A stretch of 64,000 nucleotides of DNA from assembly GCA_035221665.1 (NCBI GenBank), contig CM069161.1, forward strand, positions 15,872,001 to 15,936,000, given 5' to 3'. The position numbers and the translations under genes are program-made. Below are positions 36,201 through 48,794 of the stretch, one piece after another. The DNA is from Okamejei kenojei (lineage: Eukaryota). Every line of letters begins with the position of its first letter. Positions within the stretch are counted from its first letter, which is position 1. The notes under the pieces are model-generated. The model saw nothing but the letters and a program-made list of their open reading frames with translations. It ran no database searches and was not told where the DNA came from.

Positions 36201-39200
36201 GACTCCATTAATGGAATCCTGCATCGTGTCCAAGAAAATACAAGAACAAGATTCTCTGATTTTCCCAGGCATTACCCCAACCCCCCCCCCAAAATGTCAT
36301 GTGCAGTTTCAGTGTCTGCTGGAATGGTTACTTCATGTCTGTGAAAGGGGAGAAGTTATTTTCTGTGCTATGACTGACATTTAAAAAAACACTTTTTGAG
36401 GTTGTTTGCAGCACTGATCGAGACTGGATATCTTTGAAAATGCTAGAAGATTTTGAGTAGAATGTATGGGTGGGGAAAAATATCAAGATAATGGGAATTA
36501 CACGTCAGTGGTCGATGCAGGGAGGTGTGTTTGGGTTTGTGAACATTGGGAACATGGCTGGCTCCAGAATGATTAAAATAGATGCTTTTTTTTGGAAAGA
36601 TTGATCGAGGTCAGGTAAGAATATTATACTTACAACCTCATCAATTTCCCTATGTCTGGACATTACAGAGGAATTACTTAGCTGAGAATCCATTTAATGT
36701 TGGGTATGATGGTAACTACAGTAAAATATGATTTAATGAATGCAAACATTCTGACTTTGTGCCAGGAAATCGGTTGGTGTAAACCTGACCCATGAGAAAG
36801 AGCTCACAACCATGTTCTCAGCCAACTACAGATTCCTTAATGAGCTTGCTGCAAGTTATGAAACTTGAAGCCAATGCTGATGATGCAGCTCCTATGCATG
36901 GCACGAAGGCTTTACTCCAGGGTGAGTGCGTTGTGATCACGATTAGCAGGAAACTTAGCATGGAACTGAGAGTGCTGAAACATGAGGCACAGAAGGATTC
37001 TCTTACTTGAGAAACAGCAAGAAATGGGGAATGTTGCTGGATGGGTTGCTCCGAGAATCTTGAGGAACATGGTGCTAGAAGAATGGCCACATGTTGGATC
37101 GATTTAACAGACGAACTATCCCTTTCACTTCTTTACTGCCTCTATGGTAATCTCTCCTTTTAAACTTTGTGAGATAGTGCTTCTGATTCTTTGATTGTGC
37201 CAGCCCAGCGACTGAAGGGTAATGTCGTTCCAGTAATCCTGGGTTTACAAAGAGGTCCATCAGTTATCAGTTACTGAAACAAAGAGAAACTGGGCAGATG
37301 CTGCACTATTAGAGGTTCCATTCTGCAGATGACACACGCCACATCAGTCTCTCAGGTCGAAGTGATAACTGAGAGCAGAGATAATCCATGCGTCAATATA
37401 CATTGTTTCAACAGGTTATCTTTCTTTCCATTTGTTTCTTCATGAGGCATCGTTGACTAAGCAAGCATTAATTGCCCATTCTTATCTCCCCCAGGTCACT
37501 GCAGAGGGTAGTTAAGAGTTAGTCACTATGACTACAGGAGGTTTCCCTTGGATGCTCTGGTTTCCTCCCACATTCCAAAGACATGCAAGATCATAGGTTA
37601 ATTCATTAATTACTCAATTAACTAACTCTCCCACAGCATAGGTGGATGGTAGGAAGATCAGGATGGAATTGGTGGGTAATGTGAGGGATTATTATAGGGA
37701 AGTAAGCGGGAGATGAGATTGGTGGGATTGCTCTAAACCTGGTGGCTTCATGCATTGTAAGGACACGGGGTTTGTATTAAAACATGGCTGTTAGTCACAA
37801 AGGCCTCAGTCAGGGAACATTAGGCTTTGTGCTACGTTGTTACTGAGTTTTAGATGTCAGACTGTAGCTGAAACCTGGTAAATGTTTAATAATTTGTCAT
37901 GACCTATTATGTTTGGACAGGAATCTGTGTACAAGCTAGTGTGTGAGTATAATACATCGGAATTTTAAATGTGGATAAATGCTATGTTTGGATCATGCAG
38001 ACTTTTATCTGTACAAGTCTGTACCAGTCTGCAGGCCCCACATGCATGGCAATTTGACAAATATCTTTATCTGCGCTACGAAAGAAGCTCCGTGAGGCCA
38101 AGAGAGTGCTTGGAGGGGTGTGTTTGAATAGGTTGGGTTCCTGAAATATTCAGCTCAATAAACGCAGACAAAAAGAGCCAAACCGACAACAGTGGAACAG
38201 TGGAAATCGGAATTTGAAAGGATGCAATAGGTCCATCAACATCTGTAAAGAACGCAGGAAACAGCCTGCCCCAGCAACCAGTAAGATCAGAGTTATTGAT
38301 CTCCTATCTTAGCTACTTTGGCCTGAATGCTCATGTAATAAGTGATCCCAGTCGCATCCAAATTAACTGTGGGGATCAGGAGCTGAAGATGTGCGGGGGA
38401 GCGGATACATATTGCATCTTTTCAGTGGAAGCGGTATCTACAAATTTGGCTTCCTGTTTCCATCTTAAAACAAACTATTTCTTCAACTAATTCTGCAAGC
38501 AGAGAAAATCTAACCGTTTCTTTCTGACATTCAAAGGTCTCAACATCACTGAGTCTCTTGTCAACAACGCCCCAGGATTACAATTCACTCGAACTATAAC
38601 TGGACCAAAAACACAAAATAAGTGGCTGGAAGAGCAAGTGGAGGTGGAGAGCAGATCCCAATGATTAGGCGGCGGCTGGTGGCACTGATTCACAGGCAGT
38701 CTGAACTGGAGGGTTAGAGATGGCAGAAGTCACTCACTGTTGCTCTGAGACCCCTCTGCAGAGAGTCAGAGAATCAGCAGCCTCTCTGGAGAAAAGGAAT
38801 AGGTGACATTTCAGGTGGAGACTCTTCTCAACCTGAAACATCACCTATTCCTCTTTTCCAGAGATGCTGCCTGACCTGCTGAGTTACTCCAGCTTTTTGT
38901 GTCTATCTTCAGTTTAAACCAGATCTGCTATCCCTTCCTACACAGAGAGTCAGCGATGTTGTAACAGGGATCCTCCTGGGGGATCAGGTTATGGAATAAG
39001 ATTTAAGGGCTGAAAATAACCGTCTAGTCTTTGCCCTTAGTAAGGGCCCAAGCATACACAGTAGACTTTGGAAAGAATAAAGTGGAAATATATCTTATAA
39101 ATATTATTAACAAATGGTTCTAAAAAATTAATAGTTGTTTCTACCCGGTTTGAACAAATGCATGCCTTTGGTGTGTGTGAATTTGAAACCCATGATGTAC

Positions 39201-39764
39201 CAATTATTCCAGCTACCTGCTTGACGATATGAATTTTACAACAACAAAAAAACAGGAGAAAGAAGAGGTTCCTTTGTATTTGGGTGACCCCAGGCATTGT
39301 GGTCATAATTTGGGTTTAGCGGTGAAGGGTAGTTCAAAACCACAGTTCCAATAGTGGTGATTTGACAAACCCAAGCACACTATTAAGAGGGGCTAATGGA
39401 ACTTCATCCCAAAACTGGACATGCACCAATTATTAAATCTGCCTATGAATTGGCAGCAACTTCTCACATCACTAGACAATCCATGCAAATGACTCACTGG
39501 GAATTTCTGGCTCAATAATTATCAGAGATTCTGAAACTAAAGCCAAGCTACATTGGTTAAAAAAAAAAAGCCAGCAGATGAGGATGTAGATGAATACTGT
39601 TTTGTAAATGCACTCACATTGGGATAACAGGTTCAAGTAACTGGGGCGAAGATGGTGGGTGGATATTGCAATGGATTCTCATGAGTTTGGTTGTGTATGT
39701 ACCTCCACAATATGACCGCATTGAAACTGCACAAATGAAGAGCCTGAAACAGTCATGACATATT

Positions 39765-40050
39765 GGGGCCACAGTTTAAGAATAAGGGGTAAGTCATTTA
39801 GAATGGAGACGAGGAAACACTTTGTGAGTTGTGAGTCTGTGGAATTCTCTGCCTCAGAGGGCGGTGCAGGCCGGTTCTCTGGATACTTTCAAGAGAGAGC
39901 TGGATAGGGCTCTTAAGGATAGTGGAGTCAGGGGATATGGGGAGAGGGCAGGAACGGGGGTACTGATTGGGGATGATCAGCCATGATCACATTGAATGGC
40001 GGTGCTGGCTCAAAGGGCTGAATGGCCTACTCCTGCACCTATTGTCTATT
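39765..40050 (+). mobile_element. CR1 3' fragment with TATTGTC tail
   Basis: GGCCACAGTTTAAGAATAAGGGG...GATCAGCCATGATCACATTGAATGGCGG, as in the other CR1 ends. Confidence 0.85.
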
Positions 40051-40619
40051 GACACAGATTATTCACAAAATGTTCTGACCCTGACTATTGTGAGCCAAGC
40101 ACAAAGCAGCTCTATTCAGAAAGAAGAATCTGAAGAAGGGCCTCGAACCGAAACGTCACCCATTCCTTCTCTCCAGAGATGCTAAGTTACTCCAGCATTT
40201 TGTATCGATCTTCGGTTTAAACCAGCATCTGCAGTTCCTTCCTACACTCAATTCAAGACAAGTCCACTTGACATGACATGTAAGTTATTTTTAAAATTAG
40301 AGTACCCAGATAAATAAGTGAACAAATCAATTCATTGCATTGGATCAGGCAACAGATGCTCTGCTCAGACCTGCTGGAAGAGCAAACCAGTCTCAACACT
40401 TACTGTACTGCTGGAGTTGTCACCTGCACCTTAACCTCTGCAGAACATTCCATTCCCTTTAATTCCCCATAAAACACAGTATATTCGATAATGCTTGCAT
40501 TTAGGTGACACATTATCAAAGTTGCAACATCTCCAGAATTAATTACTTTGGAAGTGTTGTAACTGGAGTTACTGGGAAAGCTTTTAACGTAGTAAGAAAG
40601 TGTTTTATCCCAGCAGTGG

Positions 40620-41300
40620 AATCTCGACTAAGTGTTTGTTCCTGTGAGATTATTTGTCTGTTTGTACGTGCCTACCTCTGTGTGACTGTTGTATTGTGTC
40701 TATTTGTTTATTATCAGATTATATTTGGTGTACCCGTTGGATCATGCGTGAAGTTTTATGTGTTGGCCTGTTTGTGTTTCTATGTACAATGTATCTATTG
40801 AATTGTGTGTGCTTCTGTGTAGATCATGTGTTCCTGTTGCATTGTGTGCCTTTTTCTATTGTACTATGTATGTCTATTGACTTCTGTTCATTTCTGTATG
40901 TCTGTTGAATCTTAAGTACATTGTTGTAGGTTTATGGGTTGTGCGTTTGTTTATGTATTTGAATGTTTCTGGTGGATCAATGTTTTGTGAATCCATTGAG
41001 TCCTGGCATTTGTGTATGTTTGATGGATAAATAAATGTTTGTACAATCCAACATTCCGGCAACAGTGAAAAAAACTATTTGAAGTGACACAGACCATCCG
41101 ACACACATTCATTGTTCAATAATTGAACAACCCCACACACACACACAACCCCTTACAACGCACATAGTCTGCCATACAGGCAATCCTACAAGGAATACAA
41201 ATAGGCACAGTCTGATGTGCACACGCTCCCCAATAAATACAAACGTAATCCTATACATATACACATAATCAAACACACATACTAATCTGCCCATACAAGG
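40620..41300. repeat. Degenerate TG-rich then AC-rich low-complexity tract
   Basis: 40620-41040 is strongly T/G biased; 41100-41300 is strongly A/C biased. Confidence 0.7.
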
Positions 41301-41681
41301 AGAAGGTTAATTATAGATGCATAACTTTCTTATGACTAAGATTTCAACGTTAGCTTTTAGTAGTTAAGGATTGTTGAAAAATCTTTAGAGCCTTGGAACT
41401 TATTAATAGCATCTGTATAATAACATAATACAATTTAGGAATATAATCACAGCAGATGTGCATAGATATATTCTGATAGTCTCAGTCACAGATTAATCCT
41501 ATGCCCAGCAGCTTGACTCAGGCAAATGAGCATCTTGTTTTATTATTACCCAGCCGATGAAAGAAAACTGCAACTTTGGCCAGAATGGTAGAGGACAATT
41601 TCAACAGCAGGAACCAGAGAAAATCTGCTGACTTCTGTAGGAAATGAAGGAGTGAGTTCATCTATCAATTTAATCCTCCCG

Positions 41682-41914
41682 AAGATAGACACAAAAACCT
41701 GGAGTAACGCAGCGGGACAGGCAGCATCCCTAGAGAGAAGGAATGGGTGACATTTCAGGTCGAGACCCATCTGCAGAGAGAGGTCTGAAGAAGGGTCTCG
41801 ACCCGAAACGTCACCCATTCCTTCTCTCCAGAGATGCTGCCTTTCCCGCTGAGTTACTCCAGCTTTTTGTGTCTATCTTCGGTTTAAACCTGCATCTGTA
41901 GTTCCTTCCTACAC
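41682..41914. mobile_element. Penelope-derived palindromic short element with hammerhead motif (41782-41815); representative of ~25 copies/arms
   Basis: Inverted arms GAAGATAGACACAAAA..CTGGAGTAAC.CAGCGGGACAGGCAGCATC...GGGTGAC..TTC.GGTCGAGACCC and its complement. Other copies at about 3705, 5529, 7632, 8834, 9941, 12577, 12686, 16590, 16835, 17264, 24925, 25895, 27464, 29315, 30524, 31505, 33040, 35707, 38770, 40129, 42335, 49698 and 51767. Confidence 0.85.
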
Positions 41915-42779
41915 AATATAATCCTTCCACCATCCATCAAAATGTGCAATTGTTCCACCTGACAGGTAAATGAATGTATTCAGGTTGGGGTCAAGGGCGA
42001 GGATGAGGATGAGAGCGGGAATGAGCAAGGGTGAAATTCAGCTTTAATGGTTGGGCAACATATGCAGCAATATATCAGCTGCCTGTATGGATCTGTACAT
42101 TGACTTCAGTCAGTGAGAAAACCTGTGCATTACAAGTTTGTAATGGCTAGTTTCAATATCATGCCAACACTGAATTTCAGATGTTTTTTCATACGTTCAC
42201 AGCATCATTGGTGATTTCAGCTTCACTCAGTCCTCTGTTTCTGCCACTATTCTGCTTCTTATCCAGTGACAGCCCCCGGCAACAGTCTGGAACTAAACCC
42301 ACAAAAAAATAAGTGCCAGAGAAACTGAGTGGGTTAGGAAGCTTCTGTGGAGGGAAATGAACAGACGACATCTTGGGTCGTTGGGTCGTGACCCTTCTTC
42401 AGACTGTTGACGCCCATCCATTTCTCTCCGCAGATGCTGCCTGATGTGCTGGATTTCTCTAGCACTTCATTTTTATGCTCAAGATTGCAGCATTTGCAGC
42501 CTGTTGTGTCTCCTGTTTGCAAGCTGATATCTTACGTGACACTGAGCTGCCTTCTCTAAGAGTGCCTACTCTCACTTCCACAACATTGCTGTCACCTTGC
42601 TCTCAAATCCTCCCTCGCTGAGACACTCATCCCTGCCTTTGTTGCCTTTGGCTTATTCTCCCTTCTCACTTTTTGCTGGCAGCCCACAATGTATTATCTG
42701 CAAACTTCAGGTCACACAAGACATTATGTGTAACTTGTACTAGGTCTGGTAAGATCACCAGCTCTGTTCTTCCTACTGC

Positions 42780-43135
42780 ACCACTCGCCCACCCCAGCAA
42801 CGACTGTTCCAGCTGCTACGGTCAGGCAAACACTTCCGTTGCCATGCTGTGGAAACGGAGAGGATGAGAAGGAGTTTCTTCCCAGAGGCCATTAGGACTG
42901 TAAGCTCCTATCTCTCCAGGGACTAACTTTACTGTACCATTTTACTGTTGCGTGGTGTCCTTTTAAAATGGCTATTTTTCATTTTTTGTTCCTCCTACAA
43001 ATATGTAATATGCGAATATGTGTTTCTGTTCCATTCTGTTTTGTCGTTTTGTTTGCACAATCCACAAGCATTGCCACTGTTCATTTTGCTGCGCATCTCG
43101 TATGTGTATGTGACGAACAAACCTGACTTGATCAC
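42780..43135 (+). mobile_element. Rex1-like LINE 3' end
   Basis: HPSNDC..LLRSGKHFRCHAVETERMRRSFFPEAIRTV (frameshifted), followed by an AT-rich 3'UTR. Confidence 0.7.
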
Positions 43136-43159
43136 AAATACTGCAATGGCAGACAGACC

Positions 43160-43927
43160 AAAATAGTAAGATTAAACGAGAACTTACCAGTTCGAAGTTT
43201 AATCGTTATTTTATGAGGAGTAACGATGAGGGATTACGTGAAGAAGCCCCGCCTGGCGCTAGAACGGCATACTTCAAAGCAGCGGCATGAAAAACACAGA
43301 ACTTAATAGCCGGAGTAAGATAGTAAGGCTCAACATAGATTTAGAACTACCAGATGATCATTTATTTTATGAGGGTCGGGAGTGGAGGGCACGTAATCCC
43401 TCATTGTTACTCCTCATAAAATAACGATCAAACTTCGAACTGGTAAGTTCTCGTTTAATCTTACTATTTTACTTCGGAGTCACGTGAGTGACTACGTGAA
43501 GATTTTGAAGCTTTCTGTGTTTTTTATGTCGTAGACTCATTCCATACGACACTCTGGCTCATTCAACACAGTAATTTTGACGGCCACCGGTATCGGAACC
43601 GGCTCCGTAATCTCCCGTTCCGATCGCTCCCCTTAGGACGTTCTTTTAAAACTCCGTTGTTTTTTATATAAAGTATTTCCTTTTATTTGAACTTTTACTT
43701 ATTTCTTACTTTTAAATTAGTTTTAAATCCTGGTTTTCAATACCAGCCACGGAGTTTTTTAGACCCTGAAAGTGTTTTTCCACTGCACTTGCCTGCGGGC
43801 CCGTACCTACCACTGTCGAGGAGCTGCCTCTGCAGCTCTTGCTCTGCCGTCAGCGTCGACGTCATGCCGTTCCAGCGCCAGGCGGGGCTTCTTCACATAG
43901 TCACTCACGTGACTCCGAAGTAAAATA
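43160..43927 (-). mobile_element. Non-autonomous miniature DIRS-like (tyrosine-recombinase retrotransposon) element
   Basis: 33-bp ITR pair (43238-43270 / 43864-43896, 1 mismatch) with non-matching outer extensions. Internal region 43390-43502 is the reverse complement of the left end (43160-43240) fused to that of the right end (43890-43927). AAAATA occurs at both ends and at the internal junction. No recognisable coding ORF. Confidence 0.82.
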
Positions 43928-45134
43928 CATGTTACCATGCAGACTGCTTCAGTTGCACCTTGTTAGCAATGGAATTTTTCAGCCACGAACCTTTGTAGAA
44001 ATTTTAGTTGATGAAGATTAACAGGCCATTACAAATAAGATATATTTTCTAGGCTTTTTGTTTAGGAGGAAGCTAGCTTCCCATTTTTTGGAAACGAATG
44101 ACTTTAAGTTAATGTGGAATCATTATACTTTGTATTGTGGTGTAAAAATGTCACTTCTCATCAATTCTGGTTTCCAGTTATGTGGGCTGATACTCTCTGG
44201 AGTTTAAAATAAATGAGGAATGATCTCATGAAGCACATAAGATTATCAGGGTTGACACCAAGTACATACGATTGAGAGGATATTCCTCTTTGCCCAGGAG
44301 TCGAGAATTAAGGAGCACTCGGGGGCTGCCCTTTTAGGCAGAACTTTTCATTCTCTCAGAAGGTTGTGAATATTTGGAATTCTCAATCCCTACAGAACTG
44401 TGCATGGTGAGTCAACTTGTACATTCAAGGCTGAGTCAGATAGATCTTGGGAGAGCAAGAGAATCCAGGGTAATGCAGGAGAACATGAATGGTTTGCAAC
44501 AGGACACCCCCCCACTCAGAGCAAGCACTGATCGGAAAATGCCTTTCCTTCCATCAGATAATACCAACTCTCTGATACCCAATCAGTGTCACACCGTGAG
44601 GATCAGCCAATTAATGAAGCCTGGTGGCTAAATATTGGTTATTAGGCATCTTTATAAATGTTGTTCTCATTGAGAGAATGGGAGATTTACAATTGTGGAC
44701 ACACTATCAGATCATGAAACACTACTGTATATGCATTGTAATACAATCAGCTGCCAAACTCCTTTTACATTTCCCCAACATTGCACCTCATCTGATCTTT
44801 GCATAAGCATTCTTCACTATATCATTGTAGAACATAGAACAGTACAGCGCAGGAACAGGACCTTTGATCCACGATGTCCGTACTGAACATGATACCAACT
44901 TAAACTAATCTCCTCTGTCTGCATGTGATCCATATTGCTTCAAATCCATATCCATGTGCCTATCTGATGTTTCTGCCAACCTGCATAAGCTAATTTCTAA
45001 TTGAAAAATGAGTTTGCAGTGGTTTTGATCAATAGATCAATAGATCAATGGCCAGGCGCAGTTTTTAAAAACTGTATTCATTTTGGCGATTTGCACAATG
45101 CTACACACTTAGCAGTGACTGCTCACACCAGGCT

Positions 45135-46010
45135 GCCGTTGACAACGAGGTGGTGAGCTTCATGAATGGCTTCAGTCTGTCTGATGAAGGTGCTCCCATA
45201 ATGCTAAAGGGGAAAGAGTTCCACACATTGGACCCAGGATATTTCCAAGCCCGTTCGACTTGGAGGGCAATCTGCAGACGCTAGTGTTCCCAGGCACCTA
45301 CTGCATTTACCCTCTGCAAAGGTGGTGGGTTAGGGAGGTGTCGATGGCACACTGCAGAAGGTGCTGCCACCAATGACTAGAGATGCAGGGAACGACATGG
45401 TGATGAACAGGGTACTGCTTTTTGCCAGAGGGCGTTGAGTTTTTGAAAGATACCAGTGCTGCTTTCAACCAAACAAGAGGAGGGAATTCCACTGCAACCC
45501 TGACTTTTACCTTACAGATGGTGAGAAGATCTTGGGCGTCAGGAGGTGAGATGTTGAGATACGTTCAGGATAGCCATGATTGGTCTGGTTGTGTTTCTTG
45601 CCATTGGGACTCCTGGTATGTTGACGGAGCCCTCAACAATGGCAATGGCATTGAATGCCACGAGTCATGGTACTGTTACAGGTGAGTAGATGCTGCTTGA
45701 TACTGCAGGCAATGACAGTTCACCTCTCTGCTGATGAGTGGTGGACATTGACATTTTGTGAACAAGGCATTCCTGGGCAATTTTCCCTATTTTTGGGCAA
45801 ACGCCAGCGTCGTACTTGAAGAGTTTGGCTCGAGGTGCAGCCTCCTCGGGAGCAGGTCTCCAGCACTACAGCTAGAACGTTGACTGCTCCCACTGCCGTG
45901 ACCACGTTCAGTGCTCGCAGCTGCTTTTTGTTATTGTATGGAGTGAATCAGGTTGGCTGGAGACCAGCTACCATGGTGGTTGGGATCTCAGGAGGAAGCT
46001 GAGCTGACCA
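45135..46010 (-). mobile_element. Old degraded non-LTR retrotransposon (related fragment at ~10400-10650)
   Basis: Mutual similarity with 10470-10650 (GAGGTGGT...GAGTTCCA....TTGGACCCAG...CTGCA..GTGTTCC). Clade not determined. Confidence 0.5.
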
Positions 46011-48496
46011 TCTAAACCTCTGCAGTGCAGATGTGTGCATTTTTCCATTGTAAATGCCTTCAGTAGCTAGGGTTTGACATCCCATTAGACAGGGCTCAAC
46101 TCAGAACACTTAATGCTTGCTCATTTCACAGGGTACACCGTGTTCCCTGAGTAGCATAAACCTCTGGGTGCTTTTGGCTGAGGTGAGATCTGAGGTTCCC
46201 CGGGAGCTGGTCAAGTGAAGATCAGAGACTGAAATGCTTCTCAGGCCAGAGAGCAAGCCAAGATTAACAACCCCCTCTACTACTCCCCTTGCACTAGTAG
46301 TCAGTTCTGTGTGACATGGGAGGAGAGAACATGAACATTTCTTTGAGTCTATTTTTGGAAGCTGCACCATGTGGAACTGATTCATGGGGGCCACACCCCA
46401 CTTCAGTGTTTTCAAAAACTATGTCCCATCCAAACTTTCTTCCATGCACATCTATACAGTACATTAGCTCCATTCTCATTCACTTGTTGGAACTCAGCCC
46501 ACTGGCTAAGCCCAGAGAACTCAAGACTCAATTGAATTACCTTGTAACAAATTAAGATAATCAGCCAATTTATGTCTCATATTTCCAGCATTCTGAGCTT
46601 TTTTCTTGCTCCTGGTATTTCAGACTTCATTCTTACCCCTCCTACCTATCCCGTCCCAGGGCACACCCTATCCACCTTTAGCAGCCAACACCACCATTAC
46701 TTGTGAGAGTCTCGCATCACCATCTTGCTGACCTTCCCTCTCGTGTTCTCCACCCTCCGCCTCTCTCTGCAATTTAAAATATGTTAGAGCCTAACTTTGT
46801 CCTCCCCCAATGCCATTGACATGAAATGTTGGCTCTGTTCCTCTCTTCACACCTGCTGAATATTCTGAGTATTATCTCTTGTTATTGTAGAGAACTTTGG
46901 CACAGGTCTGCAAAGACGATTGCTCGGGTCATTCCTTATTGCTCAAACAACTATTTACCAAAGAGCATCAGCAAAGAACAACGGCAACCTCGCTACTATT
47001 TACAGCCATACAGTTATAGAGCACAGAATCCGGCTCCTTGGCCCAATGACCATGACAATTCTGATGCCTATCCACATCAGTCCCTTTGCCTGTATTAAGC
47101 TCTTACCTGTACTTTTGCGGTAATGGTCAAAATTCCTTTCAAACGTTGTAATTGTATCTGCTGCTACCACTACGAGCAATTTGTCCCATTTAACTACCAC
47201 CCTCTGTATGAAAAACATGCCCCTCAGATCTCCAGCCTGGACCATCAAATGCTTTTGAGCAAATGGCATCCAGAGTAAAGTGGAATAAATCCCTGCTCCT
47301 TGTGGCAAGTCCATCTTTCAGATCTGAACAGCGGTCAGTTTTTTTGTCGATCATCTACAAAAGCTCAGAGTACGCAAATGTACCGGACTCCGCCAATCAC
47401 CAGTTCTGCCTGGGGCAGACTCAACCCCAACATCCCATCACAAACGCAATATACACAGCAGCACTTAGAGTAAGCTGGAGACCATCGTAACATCGACAGC
47501 GCAAATGACGCAGTCATTGCCAACAGGCTTCAGAAGCTGGGACGTGTGACAACAAGAACATAAGGAGCAGGTGGAGACCACACAATATCCCCCATTCAAT
47601 AATATCTTGTTGGAACTTCTTCCTCAGTTCCACTTTCCTGCCCTTCCCCATTACCCTTGATAGCCTCTGAGTCTAGGTACACCTGTATGTTCACTGGATC
47701 CAACCTGGCCAACCTACATAGAGGGTCCTGTGTAAAGGCAGCAGCTTCTCTTTCCCACTTTATAGCATGAGATGGAATGTTCAATGTGGCAAGGACATTT
47801 GATGAAACAAACGAATGACTTTAGTAGAATGACCTTACAGTGGGATGTTTGGGCATTGCCACTGAAGGTGGGAGTCTGACATAGCCCTTGCTTTGAAGGT
47901 TGGCTCTATCCTTGCTGTGAAATGCCAAGCCAGCACATTATTTTCTCCAGAGCAGCCCATTGATCCCCTGTGTCCACACTCAGACAGAGGGAGCAAAGCT
48001 ATCTAGGGCTGCAACACACCCTCCGAGCCCAAGTATAAAAGGTGAAAATCGCTTCACTATCAGCACAATGTCTTCTCTGCAGTTGAGCATGTTTTCCGCA
48101 ATAAAAATGATGAAGTCTGCCCCAGAGCAGCTGTGTAACGTCGAGCCAGAGCTGAAATGGGGACCGGCTAGGCGCAAGTTTTTGAAATGAAACCCACATG
48201 TGTTATTTATGGATTGAGCCAAACTCCAGCAGCATGCTCCTACTCTCTCAGCTCCCGAAAAAATATGGCGCCAAAATCAAGCTTAATTAAGGATGTGTTT
48301 AATGAAAAATAATTGTTGGGCAGTTTAAAATGTACTTCTGTAATACTTTCTTTTATGATGTTACTGATTATTCTGCACACTCTGGTGTATCTAAATCGTT
48401 GCATATCAACCACGCAGGGAAGGTAAAGTACAAATAAATTTGAAGCAGCTAAATTATTCTGTGAAGAATTGTGTTCTCAGATTGTGTAGGACAGAG

Positions 48497-48794
48497 TTTA
48501 AAGTTTAAAGAGATACAGCATGGAAACAGGCCCTTCAGCCCACCGAGTCCACACCATCCATCGATCACCCGTTCACACTAGTTATATGTTATCCTACTTT
48601 CTTGTTCACTCCCTACACACTAAGGGCAATTTACAGAGCTCCATTAACCTATAAACCTGCAAGTCTTTGGGATGTGGGAGGAAACCCATGTGGTCACCGG
48701 AAGAATGTGCAAACTCCAAATGGACAGCACCCGTGGTCAGCAACGAACCTGGGTCTCTGGTGCTTCGAGACAGCGGCTCTACCAGTTGCGCCAC
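48497..48794 (-). mobile_element. V-SINE (HE1-like)
   Basis: Reverse complement of the head (TGGCGCAACTGGTAGAG), V-domain and tail. Confidence 0.85.

Noticed and set aside
40505-40908. Hydrophobic Cys/Val-rich ORFs resembling membrane proteins
   Set aside because: Artefact of TG-rich low-complexity DNA.
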